From Deltaproteobacteria bacterium (GTDB lineage: Bacteria; Myxococcota; Myxococcia; Myxococcales; 40CM-4-68-19): 43,421 nt of DNA. Shown here piece by piece: positions 1 to 9,625 of this stretch. A program made the translations under genes and the position numbers. The notes under the pieces are model-generated. The model did no database searches, was not told where the DNA came from, and saw nothing but the letters and a program-made list of their open reading frames with translations. The stretch spans positions 1 to 43,421 of the forward strand of contig JBGQLA010000002.1 in the NCBI GenBank assembly GCA_041499865.1. The letters run 5' to 3'. The number at the start of each line of letters is the position of its first letter. Within the stretch, counting starts at the first letter, position 1.

Positions 1-1020
1 CTGGAGGTGATCGCCGTCTCCGGGAAAGAGGTGAAGTGCCGGGTGAACGTCGGGGGCGTCGTCTCCGACCACAAGGGGATCAACCTGCCCGGCACGCCGG
101 TCTCCATCCCGGTCCTCACCCCGAAGGACATCGAGGACCTCAAGTTCGGCCTGGCGCACGAGGTGGACTACGTCGCTCTCAGCTTCGTGCGCAACGCCGA
201 CGACATCCGGCTGCTCAAGCGCTACGCGCCCACCACCCCGGTGATCGCCAAGCTGGAGAAGCCGCAAGCGGTGGACCGCATCGACGAGATCGCCCAGCTC
301 GCGGACGCGGTGATGATCGCCCGCGGCGACCTGGGCGTGGAGATGCCGCTCGAGCGGGTGCCGCTGATCCAGAAGACCGCCATCGAGCGGACCAACTACT
401 ACGGAAAGATCGCCATCGTCGCCACCCAGATGCTGGAGAGCATGATCGTCTCGCCGCAGCCCACCCGCGCCGAGGTCAGCGACGTGGCGAACGCGGTGCT
501 GGACGGCACCGACTCGGTGATGCTCTCGGCGGAGACCGCCACCGGCGCGTACCCGGTGGAAGCGGTGAAGACCATGGCCTCCATCGTCGAGGAGGTGGAG
601 CGGAGCGCGCGCTACCAGGCCCTGCCCGACCCGACGCTGAGCCGCGGCGAGAGCACCTTCGCCACCGCGGTGGCCCGGGCCTGCGCGGCGGCCGCGCAGC
701 AGCTGGGGATCGGGACCATCTGCGTCTACACCCGCACCGGTGAGACGGCCCGGCAGATCGCCAGCTACCGGCCGCAGGCGCGGATCGTCGCGTTCACCGC
801 CAGCGACGTGGCGTACCAGCGGATGTCGCTCTACTGGGGCGTCACCGCCCGCCGGGTGCGCAAGCCGTTCGAGACCACCGACGAGATGATCGGCAACATC
901 GCCCAGACCCTGGTAGGCGCGGGGGAGGCGATGCGGGGTGAGGCGATCGTCATCGCCAGCGCCGTGCCCCCGAATCGGCCGACGTTCGGCGCCTCGATGA
1001 TGCAGATTCACCGCCTCTGA
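1..1020 (+). CDS. pyk: Pyruvate kinase, C-terminal part (5' end lies outside the window; frame is open from nt 1)
   Basis: Motifs MIARGDLGVEMP, ATQMLESM and SAETATGAYP, followed by a C-terminal regulatory domain. Third-position GC is high in this frame. Confidence 0.9.
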   Translation: MEVIAVSGKEVKCRVNVGGVVSDHKGINLPGTPVSIPVLTPKDIEDLKFGLAHEVDYVALSFVRNADDIRLLKRYAPTTPVIAKLEKPQAVDRIDEIAQLADAVMIARGDLGVEMPLERVPLIQKTAIERTNYYGKIAIVATQMLESMIVSPQPTRAEVSDVANAVLDGTDSVMLSAETATGAYPVEAVKTMASIVEEVERSARYQALPDPTLSRGESTFATAVARACAAAAQQLGIGTICVYTRTGETARQIASYRPQARIVAFTASDVAYQRMSLYWGVTARRVRKPFETTDEMIGNIAQTLVGAGEAMRGEAIVIASAVPPNRPTFGASMMQIHRL

Positions 1021-2840
1021 AGCGCCTGCAGCTCTTCCTCCGCGAAGCCGGACTGGTCGCACTCCGCCGCTTTGGCGTTCTCCAGCTGCTTGCGGGCCAG
1101 GGCCGGGTCCTCGGGCGCGTGCAGCCGGCCGAGGTAATACCAGGCCTCGCACCGCTCGTCGGAATCGGTGGCCGCGGCCATCGCCTCCGCGTCTTTTCCC
1201 TCGCCGAGATAGACGCGGACCAGCGGCGCGGGCCAGTCGCCCTCCTCCATGCTCTTCGCGAACGCCCGCAGCTCGTCGCGCGCCTGCTGCTGGTGGCCGC
1301 GCCACCGCTGGAGGAGGAACAGCTCCAGGCGCGCCACCGGATCGCGCGAGCGGCGCAGGAGCGCTTCCGCCCGATCGGCGCGGCTGCTCTGCACGAGCGC
1401 GCGGGCGCCGGCGATCAGGCCGAGCTTGCCGGCGCGGGGGATCGAGGCGCGGACCTGCTTCTGGATCTCGCGCGCCATCTCCTCCCCCGCGCCCGGAATC
1501 CGTGGGTGCGCCCCGGGTTCCGGCGGCACCGGCGGAATGGGGATGGCCGGAATCTCCGGAAGGCGCGGTTCCCGCCGATGGGCCTCGGTGCGCGCCGAGC
1601 GCAGCACCCGCAGCCCGGAAGCGAGCGCGGCGCCGACGGCCAGCGTGGCCAGCGCCACCATCAACGAGGTTGACCGCCGCCAGCTCTTCGGGCGGGGCGG
1701 CAGCGTGACAGGCGCAGAGGGCTCCAGCGCCGAAAGCGCCCGGACCAGCTCGCTTCCGCTCTGGAAGCGCCGCGCCGGATCCTTTTCCAGGCTTCGGAGC
1801 ACGACCGAGGCGAGCGGGAACGGCACCGAGGACGGAAGCCGGGCCGGCTGGAGCGTCAGGGCCGCGTGGCCCGCCTCGATCAACGAGGCGCCGGGAAAGG
1901 CCCGCTTCCCGGTGAGCATCTCGTAGATCACCGCCCCCGCGCTGAACACGTCGCTGGGCGGCCCCGCCTTCTCGCCTCGCGCCTGCTCCGGGGAGAGATA
2001 TCCGGGACTGCCGAAGACGGCGCCGGTCATGGTCAGCCCGGGGCCCTGCTCGTCGGTGGTCAGCCGCGCCAGGCCGAAGTCGAGGATCTTCAGCCGGCCG
2101 TCGTCGGTGAGGAAGAGGTTCTCGGGCTTCAGATCGCGGTGCACGATCCCCCGCGCGTGCGCGGCTGCGAGGCCTTGCGCGAGCTGGAGAAAGAGGCCCT
2201 GCACCTGGGCCGGCGGCAGCGGCGGCCCGTCGATCACGGTGCGCAGGGTGTGCCCGGCGAGCAGCTCGGTGACCAGGAAGGGGACGCCCGCGTGCTCGCC
2301 GAGATCGTAGACCGCGAGCACGTTGGGGTGCTCCAGCGAACCGGCGGTCCGCGCCTCCTGCTCGAATCTCATCACGCGCACGGGATCGTGGGCGGCGGTG
2401 ACCACCTTCACGGCGACGCGGCGGCCGAGCTTCTCGTCGCGCGCGGCCAGCACCCGCCCCATGGCGCCCTTTCCCAGCTCCCGTTCCACGCGGTAGCGGC
2501 CCGCCAGCATCGCGCCCGGCTCGAGCTCTTCCGGCACCGGCAGCGGCTGGGCGGTGGGAGCCGAGGGCGGCCGCGGCGTGGCCGGCGTGGGAGCGCGCCC
2601 TCCGGGCGCCTGCGTGCGCACGAACCCCCGCCGCGTGAGATCGTAGAACCAGGAGACCGCGAACGTCGCGGCGAAGCCGAGGACCGCCACCCAGATCAGC
2701 GCCCGCACCGTCCACCCGGGCAGATCCAGGTTGTGGACCACGATGTCGGCGAGCTGCAGGACGCCGGCGGCGGCCACCGCGTAGGCGGCGAGCGCGCCGA
2801 GGACGCCGCGCCGCCGCAGCTCGCCGAGCAGCGATTTCAC
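1008..2840 (-). CDS. Membrane-anchored Hanks-type Ser/Thr protein kinase with a C-terminal helical/TPR-like region
   Basis: Kinase motifs [20 protein letters not shown] and [10 protein letters not shown]-terminal hydrophobic module ([26 protein letters not shown]...) and a later TM segment ([18 protein letters not shown]). GTG start overlaps the upstream stop (GTGA). Confidence 0.85.
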   Translation of the reverse strand: MKSLLGELRRRGVLGALAAYAVAAAGVLQLADIVVHNLDLPGWTVRALIWVAVLGFAATFAVSWFYDLTRRGFVRTQAPGGRAPTPATPRPPSAPTAQPLPVPEELEPGAMLAGRYRVERELGKGAMGRVLAARDEKLGRRVAVKVVTAAHDPVRVMRFEQEARTAGSLEHPNVLAVYDLGEHAGVPFLVTELLAGHTLRTVIDGPPLPPAQVQGLFLQLAQGLAAAHARGIVHRDLKPENLFLTDDGRLKILDFGLARLTTDEQGPGLTMTGAVFGSPGYLSPEQARGEKAGPPSDVFSAGAVIYEMLTGKRAFPGASLIEAGHAALTLQPARLPSSVPFPLASVVLRSLEKDPARRFQSGSELVRALSALEPSAPVTLPPRPKSWRRSTSLMVALATLAVGAALASGLRVLRSARTEAHRREPRLPEIPAIPIPPVPPEPGAHPRIPGAGEEMAREIQKQVRASIPRAGKLGLIAGARALVQSSRADRAEALLRRSRDPVARLELFLLQRWRGHQQQARDELRAFAKSMEEGDWPAPLVRVYLGEGKDAEAMAAATDSDERCEAWYYLGRLHAPEDPALARKQLENAKAAECDQSGFAEEELQALQRR

Positions 2841-3142
2841 TTCCCCTGGTGCGCGATGACCTTGTCCTTGATCTTCGCGTACGTGGCCTTGGGAACGATC
2901 TTCTTCTCCACCAGCTCGTCCTTGGCCTTGTAGGGGCGCCCCTCGATGATCTTCTTCGAGTACGCATCGCCCACGCCGGGCAGCGCCTTCAGCTCGTCCT
3001 CGCTGGCGGTGTTGAGATCGACTTTTTCCGCCTTCTTCGCGGAAGCCTTCTTGTCCGCCGGCTGCGCTTTGGCGAAGGAGAGCGAAGGAGCGGCGAACAG
3101 CAGCGCCACGGCGAGGGCGATGGCGCGGAGCAGCCTGGTCAT
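2837..3142 (-). CDS. ComEA-like secreted helix-hairpin-helix DNA-binding protein
   Basis: Signal peptide [24 protein letters not shown], then [17 protein letters not shown], which is typical of the ComEA HhH module. About 100 aa. Confidence 0.7.
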   Translation of the reverse strand: MTRLLRAIALAVALLFAAPSLSFAKAQPADKKASAKKAEKVDLNTASEDELKALPGVGDAYSKKIIEGRPYKAKDELVEKKIVPKATYAKIKDKVIAHQGK

Positions 3143-3223
3143 GTGGGCCTCCAGAAGTGGGACTTCGGCGCCCTGCTTAGCACGCGCGCGGCGCGGATCG
3201 CGCGAACCCCGCCCGCCCGGCGT

Positions 3224-4417
3224 TCACTCGAGCGTGGAAGCGCAGCGCGCCACGCGCTCCATCGCCTTGCGGATGTCCGCTTCGGAGATGGCGAACGACA
3301 GCCGCAGATACCCTTCGCGCCCGAACGCGCTCCCCGGCACGGTGGCGACGCCGAACTCCTCGAGGAGGACCTCGGCGAGCCGCAGGGTGGTGGCGAGCGG
3401 CTCACCCCGGTACTTCTTCGCCAGCAGCCGGGAGAAATCGGCGAACACGTAGTAGGCGCCGTCGGGATCGTGCGCCTCGACGCCGGGCACCTTTTCCAGC
3501 AGCTGCACCATGAGATGCCGCCGCTTCTCGAACTGGACGCGCATCGCCTCCAGCGGCTCCTGCGGGCCGCGGAGGGCGGCGATCGCGGCGTGCTGGGAGA
3601 GCGAGCTCGGGTTGGAGGTGCTGGCGTCCTGCACCTTGTTCATGCCGGCGATGATCTCCGCGGGCCCGCAGGCCCAGCCGAGGCGCAGCCCGGTCATCGC
3701 GTACGCCTTCGAGCAGCCGTTGATCAGGACCGTCCTGTCCTTCAGCTGCGGCGCGACCTGGAGGATGTTCGCCACCTTCACGCCGCCGTAGACCAGCTTG
3801 TCGTAGATGTCGTCGGAGAGGATGGTCACGCGCGGGTACTTCTCCAGCACGCCGGCGATGCCGCGGATGACGTCGGCGCTCCACACCGCTCCCGTGGGAT
3901 TGCTCGGGCTGGAGAAGATGAACACCCGCGTACGCGGGCTGAGCGCGCGCTCGAGCTCCTCCGGCCGCGGCGCCCAGCCATCCTCCTGGCGCAGCATCAG
4001 ATCGATCGGCTTGCCGCCCGCGAGGCGCACCATCTCCGGATAGCTGACCCAGTACGGGTTCGGAACCACGGCCTCGTCGCCCTCGTCGAGCAGGGCCATG
4101 CAGGCGTTGTAGAGAGCCTGCTTGGCGCCGGAGGTGGCGACGATCTGCGTCGCCGGCCAGCGGACCCCGACCTCGCGGAACATCCAGTCCGAGATCGCCT
4201 CGCGCAATTCGAGGATGCCGTTCGGCGCGGTGTACTTGGTGTAGCCCTTTCGGAGCGCGTCGATGATCGCCTGCTCCACGTGCGGGAACACGGGGAAGTC
4301 GGGTTCGCCGACGGAGAGCGAGACGATGTCGCGCCCCTCGCGCCGGAGCTGGATGGCACGCGACGTCATCGCCATGGTGGCGGACGGCTTCACCGCTTGC
4401 AGACGCCGGCTGGTCAC
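3224..4417 (-). CDS. Class I/II pyridoxal-phosphate aminotransferase (aspartate aminotransferase-like)
   Basis: GEPDF, SPSNPTG and [14 protein letters not shown] (PLP-lysine region). 397 aa. GTG start overlaps the coaD stop (GTGA). Confidence 0.85.
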   Translation of the reverse strand: MTSRRLQAVKPSATMAMTSRAIQLRREGRDIVSLSVGEPDFPVFPHVEQAIIDALRKGYTKYTAPNGILELREAISDWMFREVGVRWPATQIVATSGAKQALYNACMALLDEGDEAVVPNPYWVSYPEMVRLAGGKPIDLMLRQEDGWAPRPEELERALSPRTRVFIFSSPSNPTGAVWSADVIRGIAGVLEKYPRVTILSDDIYDKLVYGGVKVANILQVAPQLKDRTVLINGCSKAYAMTGLRLGWACGPAEIIAGMNKVQDASTSNPSSLSQHAAIAALRGPQEPLEAMRVQFEKRRHLMVQLLEKVPGVEAHDPDGAYYVFADFSRLLAKKYRGEPLATTLRLAEVLLEEFGVATVPGSAFGREGYLRLSFAISEADIRKAMERVARCASTLE

Positions 4418-4896
4418 TTGAACCTCTTCTTCAGTGCTTTGAGGACGTTGGGGGGAACGAGGCCGCTGACGTCGCCTCCCAGCCGCGCCACGTCCCGGAC
4501 GAAACGGCTGGAGATGTAGAAGTATTTCTCGCCCGTCATCATGAAGAGCGTCTCGAGCTCCGGGCTCAGCTTGCGGTTCATGTTCGCCATCTGGAACTCG
4601 TACTCGAAGTCGCTCACCGCCCGCAGGCCGCGCAGCACGGTGTTCACCCCTTCGTCCGCGGCGAACTTCACCAGAAGCCCGGAGAAGGTCTTCACCTCCA
4701 CCTGCTTGTCGCCGTCCACCAGGCCGCGCAAGAGCTCGACGCGCTCCTCCACCGTGAAGAGCGAGTCCTTGGCCGGATTCATCAGCACCGCGACGATCAG
4801 CCCGTCGAACATCTTCAGGCCGCGCTGGATGATGCTCAGGTGGCCGTTGGTCGGCGGGTCGAAGGAGCCCGGATACAGGGCGATCCGCGAGGGCAT
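4414..4896 (-). CDS. coaD: Phosphopantetheine adenylyltransferase
   Basis: N-terminal [15 protein letters not shown] nucleotidyltransferase motif. The internal ATG at 4896 gives a typical ~160 aa length; the ORF-track start at 4956 adds an unconserved 20 aa. Confidence 0.9.
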   Translation of the reverse strand: MPSRIALYPGSFDPPTNGHLSIIQRGLKMFDGLIVAVLMNPAKDSLFTVEERVELLRGLVDGDKQVEVKTFSGLLVKFAADEGVNTVLRGLRAVSDFEYEFQMANMNRKLSPELETLFMMTGEKYFYISSRFVRDVARLGGDVSGLVPPNVLKALKKRFK

Positions 4897-4996
4897 CGAG
4901 CCGCCATCCTGCGGGAGAGCGCGCGCGAAATCAATTGTGTTCTGCAGATGACGCAAGAGTGCGCCCCGCCGGGCGAGTGATCAGCTTGCCCCCAAC

Positions 4997-6151
4997 ATGC
5001 GCCATGCAACCTGGGGAACCGCAGCGATCTTGATGTTCAGTTGTGCGCAAGGCGTGCCGGCCGGAGACGGCATCGTGGACGTCGCCGCGGGCGCGCCGGC
5101 GCTTCCACCGACCGCCCCGGACGCCGGGCCGGCGCCTTGGCCGTGCGATCGTTCGGTGGACGGCGCCGTCGCGGTCACCGACACCGGCGCCTGTCCCGGG
5201 GTGATGCCCCGAGGAGCGGCCTGCGCCGCCGAAATCACCATCTGTTCCGGGCTCCACTCGGGACCGGACGGCGCCGGCGGAAACGCGGCGAGCGGCGCCA
5301 CCAGCGACGGTCGCGGATCGGTGGTCCTCTCCTGCCACCGTGCGGACGTCGGGCCGCCGCGGCTCAATTTCCTCTTCGTGCCCATGCCGTCGGGATTCGT
5401 CTCCAAGGCGGGCCTCGGGGTCGACGTGCGCCCCTTGCGCGACGGGTTCATCGTCTCCCAGGGCTCCTACCTGTTGCCGCCGCCCGGATACGACTTCCTC
5501 GCCCACGACGGCGACCTGCGCGCGGCGCAGAAGGGAGGCGCCCTGTATGCCGGTCCGGACGGCGCGATCCTCGTCCACGCCGAAGGCGGACAGTTGATCG
5601 CGCAGTCCTTCGACGCCCTGGGAACGCTCCGGAAGACCCTGCCCTTCGCCACGTTCGCCGGCGCCGCGGACAGCCTGACGTTCGACGGCGCGATGACGGC
5701 GGCGAGCGCGACGCTGGTGATCTGGCAGGCGTACGGCGAATCGGCCGCGAACGCTCGCTGGCTGGCGGCGGACGGCACGCCGTCGGGCGCGGCTTTCTCC
5801 GTCCCGGGGTGGACGGATCGGGCGCCGCAGGCGGCGGCGCTCGCCGGCGGAGCCGTCGCCATCGCCGCCCAGCCGGAGAGCGGAACCTCCGCCCGCCGGT
5901 GGCGCGGCGTGATCGGGCCGGGCGGTACGGTGGAGCAAGCGGCGCCGGCGTGGCTGTCGTCGCGCGGTGACTTCTTCCTCTTGCCCGCGGACAGGGGGAT
6001 GGCGTTCGGGAACGAGATCCTCGCCGCCGACGGAACCGCGTGCGGCACGGTCGATCTGGGAGCGCCCCTGGTCGGCATCGGCGTGGACGGGTCGGCGTTC
6101 AGCGCGCGCGGCGAGAAGACCTTCCGCATCCACCCGCAGCTATTTCGCTGA
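4997..6151 (+). CDS. Hypothetical secreted protein or lipoprotein
   Basis: High third-position GC in this frame. N-terminal hydrophobic stretch ending ...ILMFSCAQG (weak lipobox). The overlapping opposite-strand ORFs are Arg-rich artefacts. Confidence 0.6.
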   Translation: MRHATWGTAAILMFSCAQGVPAGDGIVDVAAGAPALPPTAPDAGPAPWPCDRSVDGAVAVTDTGACPGVMPRGAACAAEITICSGLHSGPDGAGGNAASGATSDGRGSVVLSCHRADVGPPRLNFLFVPMPSGFVSKAGLGVDVRPLRDGFIVSQGSYLLPPPGYDFLAHDGDLRAAQKGGALYAGPDGAILVHAEGGQLIAQSFDALGTLRKTLPFATFAGAADSLTFDGAMTAASATLVIWQAYGESAANARWLAADGTPSGAAFSVPGWTDRAPQAAALAGGAVAIAAQPESGTSARRWRGVIGPGGTVEQAAPAWLSSRGDFFLLPADRGMAFGNEILAADGTACGTVDLGAPLVGIGVDGSAFSARGEKTFRIHPQLFR

Positions 6152-6685
6152 GAGGATCAGCACCCGGGTATCGCCGTAGCGCCGCTCGTCCACCGAGTCG
6201 AGCGGCGGCGGCGGAAGCGGTGCGGGCTCGCGGCGATCCATCTCCAGCACCACCCGCGCTCCTTGGGCGAGGAGATCGCCCGCCGCCAGCGCGTCCAGGA
6301 TCGACTGCGCGGCGCGCAGCGCATAGGGCGGGTCGGAGAACACCAGATCGAACCGCTCGCCGCGAAGGCGCTGCAGGGCTTCCGGCAGCCGCGCCCGGAG
6401 GACGCGGGAGCGATCCTCGTAGCCGAGAGCGGCAAGGTTGCCGGAGATCACCGCGCACGCGCGCGGATCGCACTCCACCAGCACCGCCCGCGCCGCGCCC
6501 CGCGAGAGCGCCTCCAGCGCAAGCGCGCCGGTGCCGGCGTAGAGGTCGAGCACGCGCAGGCCGTCCATCCGCTGCCCGAGCGCGTCGAACAGGCTCTGGC
6601 GCACGCGGTCGGCGGTCGGACGCGTCCCTTGGCCGGGGACGGCGCGCAGCGGGCGGCCGCGCGCCTCGCCGCCGACGATCCTCAA
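6140..6685 (-). CDS. rsmD: 16S rRNA (guanine966-N2)-methyltransferase RsmD
   Basis: MRIVGGEARGR...TRPTADRVRQSLF, LDLYAGTGALALEALSRGA and FSDPPY. TTG start overlaps the upstream stop (TTGA). Confidence 0.85.
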   Translation of the reverse strand: MRIVGGEARGRPLRAVPGQGTRPTADRVRQSLFDALGQRMDGLRVLDLYAGTGALALEALSRGAARAVLVECDPRACAVISGNLAALGYEDRSRVLRARLPEALQRLRGERFDLVFSDPPYALRAAQSILDALAAGDLLAQGARVVLEMDRREPAPLPPPPLDSVDERRYGDTRVLILSAK

Positions 6686-7662
6686 TTCTCTCCTTCGTGC
6701 ATGGCCGCGACCGCGGCGATCAGCTTGCGGGAGGTCCCCCGGACCGCCGCCTTGCGGAACAGATCGAGCGCCTCGTAGCAGCAGAGCGCTTCCAGCCGGT
6801 CCTGGACGGCCTCGGGCAGATCGCGCAGCAGCCTCTGATGATGCGCGGCCGACTGCTCGAGGGTGGCGCCCTTCTCGTCCGCCCAGGACTGCAAGGCGTC
6901 CCAGGTCTCGGCGGGCGCCGCCCGGCGCAGGGCACGGAGGAAGGGGCCGGAAGCGGTGAGCTGGCGCAGTCCGCCGCGCGCGAGCCTGGTCGCCATCGAC
7001 TCGGTCGCCGAGGAGAGCGCCATCCCTCCCAGCTCCGCGGAGAGACCTTCGGCTTCCTCTTCCAGCCCGGTGATCCGGACGGCGCTGGGCGGCGCTCCCC
7101 GCGACCTCAGCTGGCGCGCCAATTCGGCCGCGGCCTTCGCTCCGCCCAAGGGAACGATCTCCAGCCCGAGCTCCATCTGGCAGACCGCGCTGGCGGTGAG
7201 CGCCGCGTTTCGCGCGTCCTGCTGGGTGTCGGCGGCGGCGAGCGAGACGCCGGTGAACCCGGCGTCGATCTCCGCCTGGACGCGCTGCGGATCGGGCAGC
7301 GCGCTGCCGGCGCGCGGCGGATCCTTGAGCAGCGCGACGGGTCCGGGGAAGCGCAGGGCAAAGGCGGCGCGGAACGCCGCTTCGGCGAACGCCACGTCGT
7401 CCCTCGACTCTTCCGGCCCCTTCTCGTCCGCTCCCGAAGGTCGCATCAAGAGCAGCGGCGCCTCGGCATCGCGCGCGGCGCGGGTAAACCCGGCGAGCGC
7501 CGCGGGCGCCGGAGCGGCCAGCGCAACCAGGGGGAGATTTTCCCGCCCCGCCGCCGCCAGGATCTCGCGCATGCTGAGCACCAGCAGCTCGCGGCCCGCG
7601 AGGCGCCCCACGGCTTTCGCGGGACGACGCGACCAGGCAACTTCGAGGGAGCTGGAGCTCAA
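6682..7662 (-). CDS. Hypothetical protein with distant class II (ketose-bisphosphate) aldolase-like features
   Basis: N-terminal LVLSMREILAAAGRENLPLVALAAP resembles the class II aldolase N-terminus. GFTGVSLAAAD and MELGLEIVPLGG resemble later aldolase motifs. The start codon is uncertain (TTG at 7662). Confidence 0.5.
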   Translation of the reverse strand: MSSSSLEVAWSRRPAKAVGRLAGRELLVLSMREILAAAGRENLPLVALAAPAPAALAGFTRAARDAEAPLLLMRPSGADEKGPEESRDDVAFAEAAFRAAFALRFPGPVALLKDPPRAGSALPDPQRVQAEIDAGFTGVSLAAADTQQDARNAALTASAVCQMELGLEIVPLGGAKAAAELARQLRSRGAPPSAVRITGLEEEAEGLSAELGGMALSSATESMATRLARGGLRQLTASGPFLRALRRAAPAETWDALQSWADEKGATLEQSAAHHQRLLRDLPEAVQDRLEALCCYEALDLFRKAAVRGTSRKLIAAVAAMHEGEN

Positions 7663-7722
7663 TTCATCACCCCAGCGCGACCGTCGCGTTCGAGCGCAGC
7701 CGCGCTGGCCCTTCGGCGGCGG

Positions 7723-8649
7723 CTAATGAACCACCTCTTCGTGCTGGAACTGATCGCTCTCGAACTGGATGGTGGTGTGCTCGATGGCGAAGCGCTCGCG
7801 CAGCAGCGCCCGGGCGTCGGTGAGGATCTCGTCGTGGCTGCGGCATCCGGGGGAATCGCAGGTGACCACGATGTGGCAGGAGAGCGCGACCAGGCCGCTG
7901 GTGATGGTCCAGACGTGCAGGTCGTGCACCGCGGAGACGCCGGGGACCTGCGCGAGCGCGGTGGAGACCTCGCCGACGGGAATGTGGCGCGGAGCGCCCT
8001 CCAGCAGCACGTCGACGGCTTCGCGGCAGAGGCGGATCGCGCTCCAGACGATGGTGGCGGCGATGAGGAAGCTGATGATCGGGTCCGCCTCGAGCCGGCC
8101 CGTCCAGGCGATCAGCGCCGCCGAGACGAGGACGCCGACGGAGTTGAGCAGGTCGCCGGCGAGGTGGAGGAAGGTGGAGCGCAGGTTCATGCTCCCGTGC
8201 GCGCCGGTGTGCGTGACCCACATGCCCAGCGCGTTGAGCGCGATGCCCAGCGAGGCGAGCAGGACCACCGTCTGCACGTGGACGGGCTCCGGGTTCCGCA
8301 GGCGATGGTAGCCCTCGATGGCGATGCCGGCGGCGATGGCGAAGAGGAACGCGCCGTTGACGAGGGCGGCGAGGATCTCCAGGCGGTAGTAGCCGTACGT
8401 GCGCTTCGCGTCGGCCGGCCGGGCGCCGATGCGCAAGGCGAAGAGGGAGAGCGCGATCGCCCCCGCATCGGCCAGCATGTGGCCGGCGTCCGAGAGCAAT
8501 GCCAGGCTGTTCGCGAGCCAGCCGCCGATTCCCTCCGCCAGCATGGCCACGAGCGCGATCAGCAGGGCGATGATCAGCCGCCGCTGCTCGCCCGTCCGCA
8601 CGGGACCTGCGGGATGCGCGCGCTCCTGCCCGTGATGGTGATCGTGCAT
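7723..8649 (-). CDS. Cation diffusion facilitator (CzcD/ZitB-like) divalent metal efflux transporter
   Basis: His-rich N-terminus MHDHHHGQE, six TM segments, HMLADA and HLAGD motifs, and a C-terminal cytoplasmic domain (VHDLHVW). ATG at 8649 preferred over the ORF-track start at 8775. Confidence 0.85.
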   Translation of the reverse strand: MHDHHHGQERAHPAGPVRTGEQRRLIIALLIALVAMLAEGIGGWLANSLALLSDAGHMLADAGAIALSLFALRIGARPADAKRTYGYYRLEILAALVNGAFLFAIAAGIAIEGYHRLRNPEPVHVQTVVLLASLGIALNALGMWVTHTGAHGSMNLRSTFLHLAGDLLNSVGVLVSAALIAWTGRLEADPIISFLIAATIVWSAIRLCREAVDVLLEGAPRHIPVGEVSTALAQVPGVSAVHDLHVWTITSGLVALSCHIVVTCDSPGCRSHDEILTDARALLRERFAIEHTTIQFESDQFQHEEVVH

Positions 8650-8713
8650 CCGCGCCGATAGTAATGCCGCGCCCGCCGCGCTTCCAGCGCGAACCTGCGT
8701 TACCATTCCTGCC

Positions 8714-9625
8714 ATGCAGACGGAGCCGCAGGACGCCGAGTCCGGATTCGCCGAGGCGCCCGACGGGACCCGCATCTACTGGACGGCGGTGGGCAGCGGC
8801 GCGCCCGCCCTGGTGTGCTGCGACGGCATCGGGTGCGACGGCTTCGCCTGGAAGTACGTGGTCCGCGACTTCGCCGCCCGGCACCGGATCGTGCGCTGGC
8901 ACCTCCGCGGCCACGGCCGGAGCGGGAACCCGGAAGATCCCGCCCGGGTGGGTTTCGACGACATCTCCTCCGACCTGCAGGCGGTGCTGCGGGCGACGGG
9001 GACACCGCAGGCCGTGCTGCTCGGCCACTCCATGGGAGTGCAGGTGGCGCTCGAGCACCACCGGCGGCGGCCCGAAGAGGTCCTCGGGCTGGTGCTGATC
9101 TGCGGGTCGCACGGTCTGCCGCTGGACACGTTCCACGACAGCAAGGCGATGAAGATCATCCTCCCCTCGATGATCACCGCGGCGGCGAAGTACCCGCAGG
9201 CGATGGGGCTGATCTGGCGGCTCCTCGCCGGGGGAGAATTGGCCTACCAGTTCGCGACCCATCTGGAGGTCAACGGCAAGCTGGTGCGGCGCGACGACTT
9301 CGTCCCCTATTTCCGCCATCTCTCCGGGATGGATCCCAGCCTGTTCCTCGGCATGCTCAAGCATGCCAGCGAGCACACCGCCTTCGATCACCTCCCGGAC
9401 GTCGACGTGCCGACGCTGATCGTGGCCGGCACCGACGACACCTTCACGCCGTACTGGCTGAGCGAGGAGATGCACGCGCGCATCCCCGGATCGGAGCTGC
9501 TCACCGTCCCCGGCGGAACGCACGTCGCGCCCATCGAGCACCCGGAGCTGATCACCCTGCGCCTGGAGAAGTTCCTCGCGCGCGTCCCGGCGCGGCGCGC
9601 CGGAGCGGCGCTGCGCACCGCCTGA
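8714..9625 (+). CDS. Alpha/beta-fold hydrolase
   Basis: GHSMG nucleophile elbow, a late Asp (GTDD) and a late His (GGTHVAP). No signal peptide. Its stop is immediately followed by the next gene's ATG. Confidence 0.8.
   Translation: MQTEPQDAESGFAEAPDGTRIYWTAVGSGAPALVCCDGIGCDGFAWKYVVRDFAARHRIVRWHLRGHGRSGNPEDPARVGFDDISSDLQAVLRATGTPQAVLLGHSMGVQVALEHHRRRPEEVLGLVLICGSHGLPLDTFHDSKAMKIILPSMITAAAKYPQAMGLIWRLLAGGELAYQFATHLEVNGKLVRRDDFVPYFRHLSGMDPSLFLGMLKHASEHTAFDHLPDVDVPTLIVAGTDDTFTPYWLSEEMHARIPGSELLTVPGGTHVAPIEHPELITLRLEKFLARVPARRAGAALRTA

Noticed and set aside
4897-4956. Longer N-terminal extensions offered by the ORF track for coaD (to 4956), the CDF transporter (to 8775), the PEGA protein (to 20898), the lipoprotein (to 19982), the second kinase (to 41236) and the MFS-HEAT gene (from 12754)
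   Set aside because: Internal ATG starts give conserved N-termini, proper signal peptides or lipoboxes and/or SD sequences. The extensions are unconserved-looking, often start at TTG and intrude into neighbouring genes or promoters.
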